Positions 8,653 to 18,257 of a stretch of 45,744 nucleotides of DNA are shown here, piece after piece. The notes beneath the pieces were generated by a model. The model saw only the letters and a list, made by a program, of their open reading frames with translations. It searched no databases and was not told the origin of the DNA. A program made the position numbers and the translations under genes. The stretch comes from Candidatus Nealsonbacteria bacterium (GTDB lineage: Bacteria > Patescibacteriota > Minisyncoccia > Minisyncoccales > CSSED10-335). The stretch lies in NCBI GenBank assembly GCA_003557585.1, contig PWOE01000113.1:1-45744 (forward strand). Reading direction: 5' to 3'. Within the stretch, counting starts at the first letter, position 1. Each line of letters starts with the position of its first letter.

Positions 8653-9180
8653 CTAAGATATGGCGCTTAAATTCCTAAACGTTCTCTCATAAACTTTAAG
8701 CGTCTCTCTCGCTTTTTCCAAGGTAAGCTGATAGTCAGGGTCATAAACAACATTATTTCTAGTTTTTCTCGCTTCTTTGATCTCATCAATGTTTTCAAGT
8801 TCAGAGCTAGTTGTCTTTTCCAGCTTCTCTTCTATCGTCTTTTCGCTATGACCAATTCTTTCAAGAGTCTTATCAAGCATCATATCAGCCTCTATAATTG
8901 CCAACTTATACTCTGATTCTAGGCCGCTATCTAGCTTCTTTTCAATCTTCTTCCATTCTTTCAAGAGCTTACTGCTTCCTTGAGGCTTAAAAGAGAGGAA
9001 CTCTGATGCCTCCTCAAAAAACCTTAAATTTAATCGCTGACTTACTAAAAGGACAAAAATTATCACTCCTAAAAAAACTATTGACAAGACGATGAAAACA
9101 ATTTGCGAAATTTCTATAATATCATTGAATGGTTGCGGAATTGTTTCTGGTGATAATAGATAAGAAATTATTTCTTCCAT
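8653..9180 (-). CDS. hypothetical membrane-anchored protein
   Basis: 175 aa. One TM helix (IVFIVLSIVFLGVIIFVLLV) followed by a charged helical region. Overlaps the gatA stop by 13 nt. Confidence 0.6.
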   Translation of the reverse strand: MEEIISYLLSPETIPQPFNDIIEISQIVFIVLSIVFLGVIIFVLLVSQRLNLRFFEEASEFLSFKPQGSSKLLKEWKKIEKKLDSGLESEYKLAIIEADMMLDKTLERIGHSEKTIEEKLEKTTSSELENIDEIKEARKTRNNVVYDPDYQLTLEKARETLKVYERTFRNLSAIS

Positions 9181-10592
9181 ATTTTTTCAAAATATTCAGC
9201 TGCTTTAAAAATATCCGACTCTTTGAAATATGAGCCAATTACCTGCATGCCGACAGAAAGATTGCCGACCTTACCACAAGGTAAAGATATTGCTGGCAAA
9301 CCAGCTATATTTACGCCGGCAGTAAAGATATCTGAAAGATACATAGCTAAAGGGTCTTTTGCTTTCTCACCTATCTTGAAAGGTAATGTCGGTGATGTTG
9401 GTGCTAAGATTAAATCAACTTCCTGAAAAGCTTCTTTGAAATCATTGATAATTAAAGATCTTGCTTGTTGGGCTTTCTTGTAGTAAGCATCATAATAGCC
9501 AGCTGAAAGAGTGTAGCTTCCCAGAGAAATTCTTCTTTTGACTTCAACTCCTAGCCCATCTTTTCGACTATTGAAATATCTCTCTGAAAGATCTTTACCT
9601 TCTTTAGATAAACCATACCTCAATCCATCATAACGTGCTAGGTTTGCTGATATCTCCGATGGTGAAATTATATAATAGACTGGTAGGGCATATTCTGTGT
9701 AAGGCAAACTTATTCTCTTAATTTTGAAGCCTTCTTTTTCAGCAGCAACAATCGCTTCTTCTATCTTTTCTTCAACATTTTTATCAATTCCTTTTTTGAA
9801 ATATTCCTCAGGAATTCCAATCCTGAAGTTCTTAACATCTTTATCTGAATCTTTGAAAGTGTAATCAGCTGAGGTAGAGTCCATCTTGTCTTTACCTGAT
9901 ATCGCTTTGAAAACAATCTTGGCATCCTCAACGTTTTTAGTTAAAGGGCCAATCTGATCTAAAGATGATGCCATGGCTATCAGGCCATATCTTGAAACAG
10001 CGCCATAGGTCGGTTTTAATCCAACTAACCCGCAAAACGAAGCTGGTTGCCTTATCGATCCACCCGTATCAGAGCCAAGGGCAAAACAAGAGAAGTTGGC
10101 AGCAACAGCTGCTGCTGATCCTCCAGAAGATCCTCCAGGAACTAAATCTGTATTCAATGGATTTCTGGTAACTCCATATGCCGAGTGCTCTGTAGACGAA
10201 CCCATGGCAAATTCATCCATGTTGGCTTTACCGATGATTATTGAGCCCGCTTTCTTTATCTTTTTAATTACTGTTGCATCATAGGGGGCGATGTAATTTT
10301 CCAACATCTTTGATCCGGCAGTTGTTTTTCCTCCTTTCATCAAGATATTATCTTTAATCGCAGAAGGAATACCGCTTAAAATTGGAATATCTTTTTTTCT
10401 TGCAATCTCTTTGTCAATCTCTTTTGCTTGAGATATCACCTCTTCTCTGTTAAAGCTCAGCAGAGAGAAGATGAAATCATTGTTCTTCTCAATCTCTTTG
10501 ATAAAAGACTCTGCTATATCAAGAGCCGAAAAAGATCTTTTCTTTAGTCCTTGGTTTATCTCTTTTATCGTTTTTTGAAAGAAATCGCTCAT
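9168..10592 (-). CDS. gatA: Asp-tRNA(Asn)/Glu-tRNA(Gln) amidotransferase subunit A
   Basis: 474 aa. Amidase signature GGSSGGSAAAVAA...GSDTGGSIRQPASFCG. Confidence 0.95.
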   Translation of the reverse strand: MSDFFQKTIKEINQGLKKRSFSALDIAESFIKEIEKNNDFIFSLLSFNREEVISQAKEIDKEIARKKDIPILSGIPSAIKDNILMKGGKTTAGSKMLENYIAPYDATVIKKIKKAGSIIIGKANMDEFAMGSSTEHSAYGVTRNPLNTDLVPGGSSGGSAAAVAANFSCFALGSDTGGSIRQPASFCGLVGLKPTYGAVSRYGLIAMASSLDQIGPLTKNVEDAKIVFKAISGKDKMDSTSADYTFKDSDKDVKNFRIGIPEEYFKKGIDKNVEEKIEEAIVAAEKEGFKIKRISLPYTEYALPVYYIISPSEISANLARYDGLRYGLSKEGKDLSERYFNSRKDGLGVEVKRRISLGSYTLSAGYYDAYYKKAQQARSLIINDFKEAFQEVDLILAPTSPTLPFKIGEKAKDPLAMYLSDIFTAGVNIAGLPAISLPCGKVGNLSVGMQVIGSYFKESDIFKAAEYFEKIWKK

Positions 10593-10873
10593 TTAAAGAC
10601 TGACTTTACTTTAAGAAAACTACCTTCTTTTTCAGAAAAAAGAGCTACTATTCCTTTCTTGTTGTCGAAGCTTTCAATCTCATCCTCCCTGGCCTTGCTG
10701 TACTCTTTAATCTTGAATAACAATGTTTCAGATTCTTTAATTTTTAGCTCATCTATCTTCTCAATATAATCTAAAATATCGGAGAGATCTTTTTGCAAAG
10801 ACTCTTTTTCCTTTTCTTTTAAACCAATCTTAGAAAGATTAAGTATCTTTTCTATAATTGTCCTATTAATCAT
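10589..10873 (-). CDS. gatC: Asp-tRNA(Asn)/Glu-tRNA(Gln) amidotransferase subunit C
   Basis: 94 aa. 4-nt overlap with the gatA start. GatC-like LSKIGLKEKEKESLQKDLSDILDYIEKI. Confidence 0.85.
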   Translation of the reverse strand: MINRTIIEKILNLSKIGLKEKEKESLQKDLSDILDYIEKIDELKIKESETLLFKIKEYSKAREDEIESFDNKKGIVALFSEKEGSFLKVKSVFK

Positions 10874-10882
10874 CTCTTTTTA

Positions 10883-11950
10883 TTATTGTTTGGGAGCTTC
10901 TAGCATGTCTGTCTCCAAGAGAACCTCGTGCAACTCATCGATATGCTCTAAGACAAAGCCGGCTCCCCTAGCGACCGCTGTTAGCGGATCATCTGCTATC
11001 TTAGTTTTTATCTTGGTCTCTTCAGCTATTAATTGATCGAGCCCTTTCAAGAGACTACCTCCACCCAAAAGATAAATTCCTTTGTTCATGATATCGGCCA
11101 ATAATTCTGGTGGAGTATCTTCCACTGTTAATTTTATCGATGTAATAATCTCTTTAACCGACTTCTCCATTGCCCTTCTAATATCTTTGTCAGTAACAAT
11201 TATCTCTTCTGGTAAACCAGTTACAACATTTCTACCTCTTATCGGCATCTCTAATTTATCTTTAAGCGGATAAGCAGATCCTATGCTAATCTTCACCTCT
11301 TCCGCAGTTCTTTCTCCTATTAGCAACTTGTACTCTTCTTGAGCAAACTTTATGATGTCTTCGTTAAGCTTGTCTCCAGCAACCCTAAGACTTCTAGCGA
11401 CAACTATTCCTCCAAGTGAGATAACAGCAACTTCTGTTGTTCCACCACCAATATCAACTATGAAATTTCCGCCTGCATCTTGAACTTGTAGGCGAGCTCC
11501 AATCGCTGACGCCATCGGCTCTTCTATCAAGAAGACCTCTCTTGCTCCAGCATTCTTGCCCGCATCTTGAACGGCCTTCTTTTCAACTTCAGTAACCCCA
11601 AATGGAATGCCAACAATCAATCTCGGTCTTAATTTTATGAAAAACTTTCTGTCATAGGCTTTGTCTATGAAATATCTCAACATCTGCTCGGTGACGTCAA
11701 AATCAGAAACAACTCCTGAAACAAGAGGTCTTGTTGCCACTATATGAGCTGGTGTCTTGCCAACCATTCTTTTAGCCTCTTCTCCTATCGCTAGAATCTG
11801 ACCAGTCTTTTGATTAACAGCAACAACTGATGGTTCAGATATTATTATTCCTCGCCCCCTGACATAGACAAGAGAATTAGCTGTCCCAAGATCAATACCG
11901 ATATCGGTTGAAAATTTACTAAAGAATTCTTTGAGATAAGATTTAATCAT
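10883..11950 (-). CDS. mreB: rod shape-determining protein MreB (paralog 1)
   Basis: 355 aa. Actin-fold motifs IGIDLGTANSLVY, DIGGGTTEVAVISLGGIV and GGGSLLKGLD. Confidence 0.9.
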   Translation of the reverse strand: MIKSYLKEFFSKFSTDIGIDLGTANSLVYVRGRGIIISEPSVVAVNQKTGQILAIGEEAKRMVGKTPAHIVATRPLVSGVVSDFDVTEQMLRYFIDKAYDRKFFIKLRPRLIVGIPFGVTEVEKKAVQDAGKNAGAREVFLIEEPMASAIGARLQVQDAGGNFIVDIGGGTTEVAVISLGGIVVARSLRVAGDKLNEDIIKFAQEEYKLLIGERTAEEVKISIGSAYPLKDKLEMPIRGRNVVTGLPEEIIVTDKDIRRAMEKSVKEIITSIKLTVEDTPPELLADIMNKGIYLLGGGSLLKGLDQLIAEETKIKTKIADDPLTAVARGAGFVLEHIDELHEVLLETDMLEAPKQ

Positions 11951-13017
11951 ATTAGTCTTTGAATGTCATAAATAGTAACAAATATTAATAGACCCACCAG
12001 TATTAAAAAGGATATTGCAACCGCATTCTTTTCAATCTTGGGATTCAGTGGCGATCCCTTAATCTTTTCAATCATCAATAAAAGAAATCTACCTCCATCC
12101 AAGGCTGGTATCGGCAAAAGATTAAATATCGCTAAAGAGATAGAGATAATTGCTATTATTGTTAAGTAATCAACTAAACCTCTTTCTATCGCTCCCACAA
12201 AAATCTCTCCGACAATAGCGACAGGACCAGCAAACTTAACCTCCTCTGGCATCGGCTCTCTTAGAACAGCTCTTCTTGCTATATCAAAAAGAGATGTTGT
12301 TATTAAACGTGTCATCCTGCCCGTCATTATTATTCCATAAAAAGGAGCTGTATAGAAGGGGTATCTCTGGGTTGTCATCCTGTTGAAATGAACTCCCATC
12401 AATTCATCTTCTTCTAATGCTTCCAGCGATACAAGAAGATTCTCTTTGCCTCTGGTAATTGAAAACTCTAAATCCTTGCCCTTATTCTCTGCTATGAACT
12501 TCTTAAGATCCTCTGATCTATTAATTGAGCTAAAAGAGTCATTGAATCTAGCTTCATTAATGATGTCGCCTGGAATTATCCCTGCTTGCGCTGCAGGAGA
12601 TTCAGAGACGACCCCGATAATCATTACTTGAGCATCGGGAGCATAAAAATCATCATCGATTGCTGTTGGCGAGCCGATTATCGCTATTAAAGTTAAAGCG
12701 ACGAAAGCAACAATCCAAAAAGCGATTACTCCTCCTAGAATTATCGCAGACCTTTGCAATATCGATTTTTCACTGAAGCTTCTCTTGTCTTTGATTCTCT
12801 CTTCTTCACCATATATTTTAACAAAAGCACCAATTGGTAGAAGATTTAAAGAATAGAGCGTCTCTCCTATCTTTTTGCTCACTATCTTTGGCGGAATTCC
12901 TATACCAAACTCCTCTACCTTAACGCCCATCTTTTTTGCAACTAAAAAATGGCCTAGTTCATGTAAAACCATTAAAGCAACTAAACTGATAATAGCAATT
13001 GTTATATATAAAAACAT
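11947..13017 (-). CDS. rseP: RIP metalloprotease RseP (site-2 protease, M50 with PDZ)
   Basis: 356 aa. HELGHFLVAKKMG (HExxH), central PDZ-like region (SPAAQAGIIPGDII), NLLPIPALDGG motif, multiple TM helices. Confidence 0.8.
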   Translation of the reverse strand: MFLYITIAIISLVALMVLHELGHFLVAKKMGVKVEEFGIGIPPKIVSKKIGETLYSLNLLPIGAFVKIYGEEERIKDKRSFSEKSILQRSAIILGGVIAFWIVAFVALTLIAIIGSPTAIDDDFYAPDAQVMIIGVVSESPAAQAGIIPGDIINEARFNDSFSSINRSEDLKKFIAENKGKDLEFSITRGKENLLVSLEALEEDELMGVHFNRMTTQRYPFYTAPFYGIIMTGRMTRLITTSLFDIARRAVLREPMPEEVKFAGPVAIVGEIFVGAIERGLVDYLTIIAIISISLAIFNLLPIPALDGGRFLLLMIEKIKGSPLNPKIEKNAVAISFLILVGLLIFVTIYDIQRLI

Positions 13018-13019
13018 CT

Positions 13020-13580
13020 TTAGCTCTCCATTATCTCTTCTTCTTTTCTTTTATAAGTTTCTTCAACCTTTTGACTGTAATCATCTATTAACTCTTGCAG
13101 ACCATCTCTTCCCTTGAATTTGTCATCTTCTCTTATCTCTCCCTTTTTGAAATTGTCTTGAATTTTACGCCAAGCCTCTTCTCTCGATTTTCTTAAAGAG
13201 ATTTTGGCTGCTTCAGCCTTGTCTCCCAAGAGCTTTAATAGCTTCTTTCTATACTCTTCAGTTAAAGACGGTAGAGTGACCCTGATAATGTTGCCATCAA
13301 CAACTGGACTTCCCCCTAAATCTGACTGTGACAAGGCTTTTTCAATTTCAGAGACAATCGATTGGTCCCATGGCTGTATAGCAAGAGTTCTTGGACCCAT
13401 GGTACTTATAGAGGCTAACTGGTTAAGGGGCATTTTAGAACCATAAGAATCGACAACTATCTTCTCAACTAAAGAGGGGTTGGCTCTTCCGGTTCTAATT
13501 GTAGCAATATCTTCCTCAAAAAAGTTGATTGTCTTATCAAATTCTTTTTTTGTTTCTTCTATAATATCTTTGATATCCAT
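13020..13580 (-). CDS. frr: ribosome recycling factor
   Basis: 186 aa. IRTGRANPSLVEKIVVDSYG and VTLPSLTEEYRKKL are typical RRF. Confidence 0.95.
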   Translation of the reverse strand: MDIKDIIEETKKEFDKTINFFEEDIATIRTGRANPSLVEKIVVDSYGSKMPLNQLASISTMGPRTLAIQPWDQSIVSEIEKALSQSDLGGSPVVDGNIIRVTLPSLTEEYRKKLLKLLGDKAEAAKISLRKSREEAWRKIQDNFKKGEIREDDKFKGRDGLQELIDDYSQKVEETYKRKEEEIMES

Positions 13581-13582
13581 AT

Positions 13583-14482
13583 TTATAACTCTATTAATAA
13601 TGATTCTATTGCTAATTTAGCATTGATATTGGTCTGGTTGATAAAATCAATCGTCTTGTTAATTGAATTGATAGATCTTATTATCTTTTTCAATGAATAA
13701 CTAACATTTTCTCCCTTAACCTTTCTTATGAATAATTCCCTGAAATAGCTCAACCATATCTCTAGAACTCTTCTTAGCTCATCTTTGTCTTCAGATATCT
13801 TCTTTGCATAATCAAATCTTAAATGAAATGATTCTTTAATTGATGTAATCTTTGCTAATTCCTTTATTGTCTTTTTACGAAACTTAAGGTCTTCAGGATT
13901 TTTTGAAAAATTAACTGCTATCCCTGGTCTACCAAAAGAAAAAAGAGATATCTCGTCAGCTTTTTCTTCGTCAATGCCTTTTTCGATTAAAAGATTCTTT
14001 ATCTTATCTTTTTCAACTGGAAAAAACTTAAATCTTTGCAACCTTGATCTTATCGTAGCAAGAAGCATCTCTGGATATTCTGTTATTAAGAAAAAGACTG
14101 TTTCCCCTTTGGGCTCTTCTAAAATTTTAAGAAGAGCGTTGGCAGCTTCTCTATTTAAAAGATGAGCGTCATCTATTATAACCCACTTGAAACAAGAAGA
14201 GTGCGGGGAAAGAGAAACTTTCTTGATAAGATTTCTAATTTGATCAATCTGAATAACTCCCTTAACTGGCTCTATCAAGATAAGGTCTGGGTCTTTGTTG
14301 TTCTCTATCGAAAGGCATCTTTTACAATTATCGCAACCACAATTAATTTTTTTAAAAAGATCTATGGCTATCTTCTTTTTGCCTAAAGAAGATCTTCCTT
14401 GAAAAATGATTCCATGGGGAATCTTTTTTGATACAACAATTCTGTCCAATAATTCCCTCTGTTTTTCGTGCCCAATTAGCAT
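13583..14482 (-). CDS. holB: DNA polymerase III subunit delta'
   Basis: 299 aa. AAA+ clamp-loader fold: HGIIFQGRSSLGKKK (degenerate P-loop), a Cys-rich zinc module (CGCDNCKRC), NALLKILEEP and TIRSRLQRF (SRC motif). Confidence 0.75.
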   Translation of the reverse strand: MLIGHEKQRELLDRIVVSKKIPHGIIFQGRSSLGKKKIAIDLFKKINCGCDNCKRCLSIENNKDPDLILIEPVKGVIQIDQIRNLIKKVSLSPHSSCFKWVIIDDAHLLNREAANALLKILEEPKGETVFFLITEYPEMLLATIRSRLQRFKFFPVEKDKIKNLLIEKGIDEEKADEISLFSFGRPGIAVNFSKNPEDLKFRKKTIKELAKITSIKESFHLRFDYAKKISEDKDELRRVLEIWLSYFRELFIRKVKGENVSYSLKKIIRSINSINKTIDFINQTNINAKLAIESLLIEL

Positions 14483-14486
14483 AGCT

Positions 14487-15500
14487 TTAACGCCTAGTCA
14501 TTATGCTTCTCTTGTAAGCATCTAGATTTTCTAAAACCTCTCCTGTTCCTTTCGCTACACAAGTTAAGGGTTCATCTGCTATAAAACAAGGAACCCCAAT
14601 ATTTTGAGAAATAAGAGTATCGATATTCCTTAAAAGAGCTCCTCCGCCAGAAACAACCATGCCTTTGTCCATGATATCAGCAGATAGCTCAGGTGGAGTG
14701 TCTCTCAAGACCTGTCTTATCGTTGCTAAAATCTCTTCTAATGGCTCTCTTATCGCCTCGGCAACTTCATTCGAGCTTATGCTTATATTCCTGGGAAGCC
14801 CTAAAGCCAAGTCTCTACCTCTAATATTCATAGTCTTCTCTTCTTTTTCAGGAATTGCTGTGCCGATTTCTTTCTTGATTTCTTCTGCTGTCTGTGACCC
14901 AACAGCCAGCTTATATTTCTTTTTTATATAATCTACAATGGCTGCATCAATCTTATCACCCGCTGTTCTCAAAGAAGAATAGTTAACAACGCCTCCTAGA
15001 GATATGACGGCGACCTCAGAAGTTCCGCCTCCGATATCGACAATCATATGTCCTGAGCAAGAATTAATCGGCATACCTGCTCCAATAGCTGCCAAAACTG
15101 GCTCTTTCGCAACATAGACAGCTTTGGCTCCAGCTAAGATACCTGCCTCAATGACAGCTCTTTTCTCGGTAGAGGTTACTCCCGCAGGAATACCAATAAT
15201 TAGTTCTGGCTTAAATAATCTAAATGACTTTGTAGTTTTGGTAATGAAATAACGAAGCATTACCTCAGTTATCTTGTATTCGGCAATAACCCCGTCTTTA
15301 AGAGGGCGATAAACCTTAATTGAATCGGGAGTTCGGCCTATCATCTCTTTGGCTTCAGCTCCGACGGCTAATATCTTATTCTCAGAAATAGAAACTGCAA
15401 TAACTGACGGCTCGTTAAGAACTAGCCCTTTCTTGGGAATGAAAACCAAAGAATTACAAGTACCAAGGTCTATTCCTATCTTTTTAATAAACATATTCAT
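14487..15500 (-). CDS. mreB: rod shape-determining protein MreB (paralog 2)
   Basis: 337 aa. IGIDLGTCNSLVF, DIGGGTSEVAVISLGGVV and GGGALLRNID. Confidence 0.9.
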   Translation of the reverse strand: MNMFIKKIGIDLGTCNSLVFIPKKGLVLNEPSVIAVSISENKILAVGAEAKEMIGRTPDSIKVYRPLKDGVIAEYKITEVMLRYFITKTTKSFRLFKPELIIGIPAGVTSTEKRAVIEAGILAGAKAVYVAKEPVLAAIGAGMPINSCSGHMIVDIGGGTSEVAVISLGGVVNYSSLRTAGDKIDAAIVDYIKKKYKLAVGSQTAEEIKKEIGTAIPEKEEKTMNIRGRDLALGLPRNISISSNEVAEAIREPLEEILATIRQVLRDTPPELSADIMDKGMVVSGGGALLRNIDTLISQNIGVPCFIADEPLTCVAKGTGEVLENLDAYKRSIMTRR

Positions 15501-16843
15501 TATTTTCTTAATTCTGTGTTTCCTCTTTTTATCTTTGCCCCAATTTTTTGTAGTCGTTCTTCAATCTTTTCATATCCCCTATCAACTTGAGAGATATTTT
15601 TAATAACTGTGATGCCTTGTGCTATCAAGCCAGCGACTATTAAAGCTGCTCCACTTCTCAAGTCTAATGGTCCTAGCTCTGTTCCGTGCAACTCTGTTGG
15701 TCCATTAATGACTGCCCTATGAGGGTCGCAAATAACGATCTCTGCCCCCATCTTGTTAAGTTCTTCTAGATATTTAAGTCTTCCGTCATATAAAGGATCG
15801 TGAATCAGTGTCAGTCCTTGAGCTTGAGTTGCCAAAACTCCAAAGATTGATTGCAAATCTGTTGGAATTCCTGGGTAAGGTAATGCTTGTATCTTTTTTA
15901 TCTTTAAATCGTCTGACTTTTCTGCCATCACCGAGCTATCTGATAATATTTCAAACTTTCCGCCAGAGCTTCTAATCTTCTTGAAGAAAAGATCTAAGTA
16001 TTTAACAGGAACATTGTTTATCTTAACCTTGCCAGGAGATGCTAGTGCCATCAAGATATATGTTCCAGCTTCAACATAGTCATAAGATATAAAATGGTCT
16101 GCTCCTTTAAGATCTTTCTTTCCTTGTATCGTTATTGTGTGTGAACCGATACCATCTATTTTAACCCCCATCTTGGATAAGAACGATGCAAGTTCTTGAA
16201 CATGGGGCTCGCAAGCAGCTATCTTTATAACTGTCTTTTTGGGCGTTAAAGCGGCAGCCATTAAAGCATTCTCTGTTCCAGTTACTGAAAATTCATTCAA
16301 GACAATCTCTTGGCCAGCTAACTCGTCTTTAACTCTTATCTTGTAAAGATTAGTTTTGTCTGAATAGGCGCTCTGCTCTTTCTCTTTTTCTTTGTCAAAA
16401 TAAGCTCCAACCTGACTAATTTCAACGTCTGCGCCCATCTCAACAAAAGCATCTAGGTGTGCATCAATTGATCTTGTTCCGATAAGACATCCTCCAGGAT
16501 GATTAATTTCAACAGATTTAAGCCTTGCCAAGAGTGGTCCCAAGATGAGAACGGATGACCTCATTCTTGAGACAAGACTATTATCCATCTTAGATAAATC
16601 AATCTCTTTCGCCTCTATCTTTACCTTTCTTTCTCCTAGCCATGTCACTTTTGCTCCCAAGCTAGAAACGAGCTTGATCATCTTTAAAACATCTTCAATT
16701 AAAGGAAGATTATCAATTACACAAGGCTCCGAAGTGAGCAAGGTTGATGCTATAATCGGTGTTGCTGAGTTCTTGGACCCTTTAACGTCAATCTCACCTT
16801 TAAGAGGGCTACCTCCCTCTATTATGAATTTATCAGAAGTCAT
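15500..16843 (-). CDS. murA: UDP-N-acetylglucosamine 1-carboxyvinyltransferase
   Basis: 447 aa. KGSKNSATPI, GGCLIGTRSIDAH (active-site Cys loop) and LRSGAALIVAGL. EPSP-synthase fold. Confidence 0.95.
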   Translation of the reverse strand: MTSDKFIIEGGSPLKGEIDVKGSKNSATPIIASTLLTSEPCVIDNLPLIEDVLKMIKLVSSLGAKVTWLGERKVKIEAKEIDLSKMDNSLVSRMRSSVLILGPLLARLKSVEINHPGGCLIGTRSIDAHLDAFVEMGADVEISQVGAYFDKEKEKEQSAYSDKTNLYKIRVKDELAGQEIVLNEFSVTGTENALMAAALTPKKTVIKIAACEPHVQELASFLSKMGVKIDGIGSHTITIQGKKDLKGADHFISYDYVEAGTYILMALASPGKVKINNVPVKYLDLFFKKIRSSGGKFEILSDSSVMAEKSDDLKIKKIQALPYPGIPTDLQSIFGVLATQAQGLTLIHDPLYDGRLKYLEELNKMGAEIVICDPHRAVINGPTELHGTELGPLDLRSGAALIVAGLIAQGITVIKNISQVDRGYEKIEERLQKIGAKIKRGNTELRK

Positions 16844-16853
16844 ATTACTCTGT

Positions 16854-16882
16854 ATAATAACTCATAAAAAGAAAGTTGGCAA
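16854..16882 (-). promoter_or_regulatory. sigma70-like promoter for the murA operon (very short leader)
   Basis: Minus strand: TTGCCA (16877-16882), 17 nt, TATTAT (16854-16859), then 10 nt to the murA ATG (16843). No SD. Confidence 0.45.
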
Positions 16883-16904
16883 GCAAGGAAAAATAGTATA
16901 AAAT
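16876..16904 (+). promoter_or_regulatory. sigma70-like promoter for the PEGA-domain gene, predicted leaderless
   Basis: Plus strand: TTGGCA (16876-16881), 17 nt, TAAAAT (16899-16904), then 6 nt to the ATG at 16911. Its -35 overlaps the murA -35 on the opposite strand. Confidence 0.45.
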
Positions 16905-16910
16905 GGGTCT

Positions 16911-18224
16911 ATGACGAAAAAAGAGAGATCTATATTGTTTATAATAATGCTTCTTCTTTTCCTTTTTCTAGGACCAACTTTGGTTCTTTATTCACAAGGA
17001 TATAGGTTTGATTTAGAGTCTAAAAGAATTGTCCAAAGCGGCGCCCTCTATTTCAGAGCTTCTCCTAGAAGCGTCTTTGTAGAAGTGATGACCGATGACC
17101 AGTCAAGGGTTATTAATAGAAAAACTGATTTTTTCTTTGGCACTCTTTTCATTGAAAATCTCCTACCTAAAACTCACCATATCAAGATACAAAAAGAGAA
17201 TTATCATCCGTGGCAAAAAAGCATCCAAATCGGAGAAAGGCTTGTTTCTGAATTTAAAAACATCACATTGATACCCAAAGAGGCAAAGATTGAAATCGCT
17301 GAAAAAGATATTAAAGAGCTCTTCTATTTTCCAGAAAAAGATAAATTAATTTTTCTATCAAACAATAACGACCTATTTTTTCATGAGAACAAGCAAGACA
17401 GCCAATTAATATTTTCATATAATGAAAAAGAAGAGATAGAGGTGATAGATCTACTTAAAGATAGCGAAAAAGTCTTGGTCAAGGCTGACGATAATTACTT
17501 TTTAATTAACGGAGAAGATCAAGAATCAACTTTAATTAGCCTTCCAGATAATATTCAAAAGATATCGATGACAGAAGAAGGGGTATTCTTCATAAAAGAA
17601 GGAGATCTCTATCTTTATAAACATGAAATGAAAGAGACCTCTCTATTTTTCGAAGAGGTTCTTGATTACAGAATTGATAAAAAAGATATCTTTTATCTTT
17701 CTGAAGATGGATTTTTGATGAAGAATGATAACAAGATCAATCAAGATCCTGTTGCCTTTGAAGAATCAGCCGACATCATTAATTTAAATCCCAATATAAT
17801 TAAGGATGAAGAAGCCTTCTATGTCTTTGACAGAAATGATTCAAAATTTAAAGAGATTGTTCAGTCTGATTGCAATGCTTTAATTTCTCCTGATAATAAA
17901 AAGATGGCTTGCTATAAAGACCATGAGATAAGGATCATTTTCCTTGAAAATATTTTTGATCAACCCCAAAGGGAGGCTGGTGATGTTGTCTTCCTAACCA
18001 GAGTTTCAGACAAGATAGACTATTTAAATTGGTATACTTCCCATTATCTAATATTCACAACAACCAACCAGATAAAGACGATTGAAATAGATAATCGCGA
18101 TCATATCAATGTTAATCAAATAGCAGAGATTGATTTCAGAGATATCTTTTTCAGATTTTCTGACAAAAGACTATATCTCTTAAGCGATCAAAATCTGATT
18201 GTTTCAGAAAAACTTGTTCCTTAA
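16911..18224 (+). CDS. membrane-anchored PEGA-domain protein with C-terminal repeat region
   Basis: 437 aa. N-terminal TM (ILFIIMLLLFLFLGPTLVLY). PEGA-like segment (VFVEVMTDD...HHIKIQKENYHPWQKSIQI). Later SPDNKKMACY resembles PD40/TolB-like repeats. The only plus-strand gene between 47 and 44829. Confidence 0.65.
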   Translation: MTKKERSILFIIMLLLFLFLGPTLVLYSQGYRFDLESKRIVQSGALYFRASPRSVFVEVMTDDQSRVINRKTDFFFGTLFIENLLPKTHHIKIQKENYHPWQKSIQIGERLVSEFKNITLIPKEAKIEIAEKDIKELFYFPEKDKLIFLSNNNDLFFHENKQDSQLIFSYNEKEEIEVIDLLKDSEKVLVKADDNYFLINGEDQESTLISLPDNIQKISMTEEGVFFIKEGDLYLYKHEMKETSLFFEEVLDYRIDKKDIFYLSEDGFLMKNDNKINQDPVAFEESADIINLNPNIIKDEEAFYVFDRNDSKFKEIVQSDCNALISPDNKKMACYKDHEIRIIFLENIFDQPQREAGDVVFLTRVSDKIDYLNWYTSHYLIFTTTNQIKTIEIDNRDHINVNQIAEIDFRDIFFRFSDKRLYLLSDQNLIVSEKLVP

Positions 18225-18251
18225 AAGAAAAAACCGCCTTGAGCAAGGCGG
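18224..18251 (-). terminator. rho-independent terminator ending the ribosomal super-operon (after rpsI)
   Basis: Perfect 7-bp stem CCGCCTT/AAGGCGG (18234-18240 / 18245-18251) with a 4-nt loop. On the minus strand it is followed by TTTTTTCTTTT. Lies between convergent genes. Confidence 0.65.
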
Positions 18252-18257
18252 CAAAGA

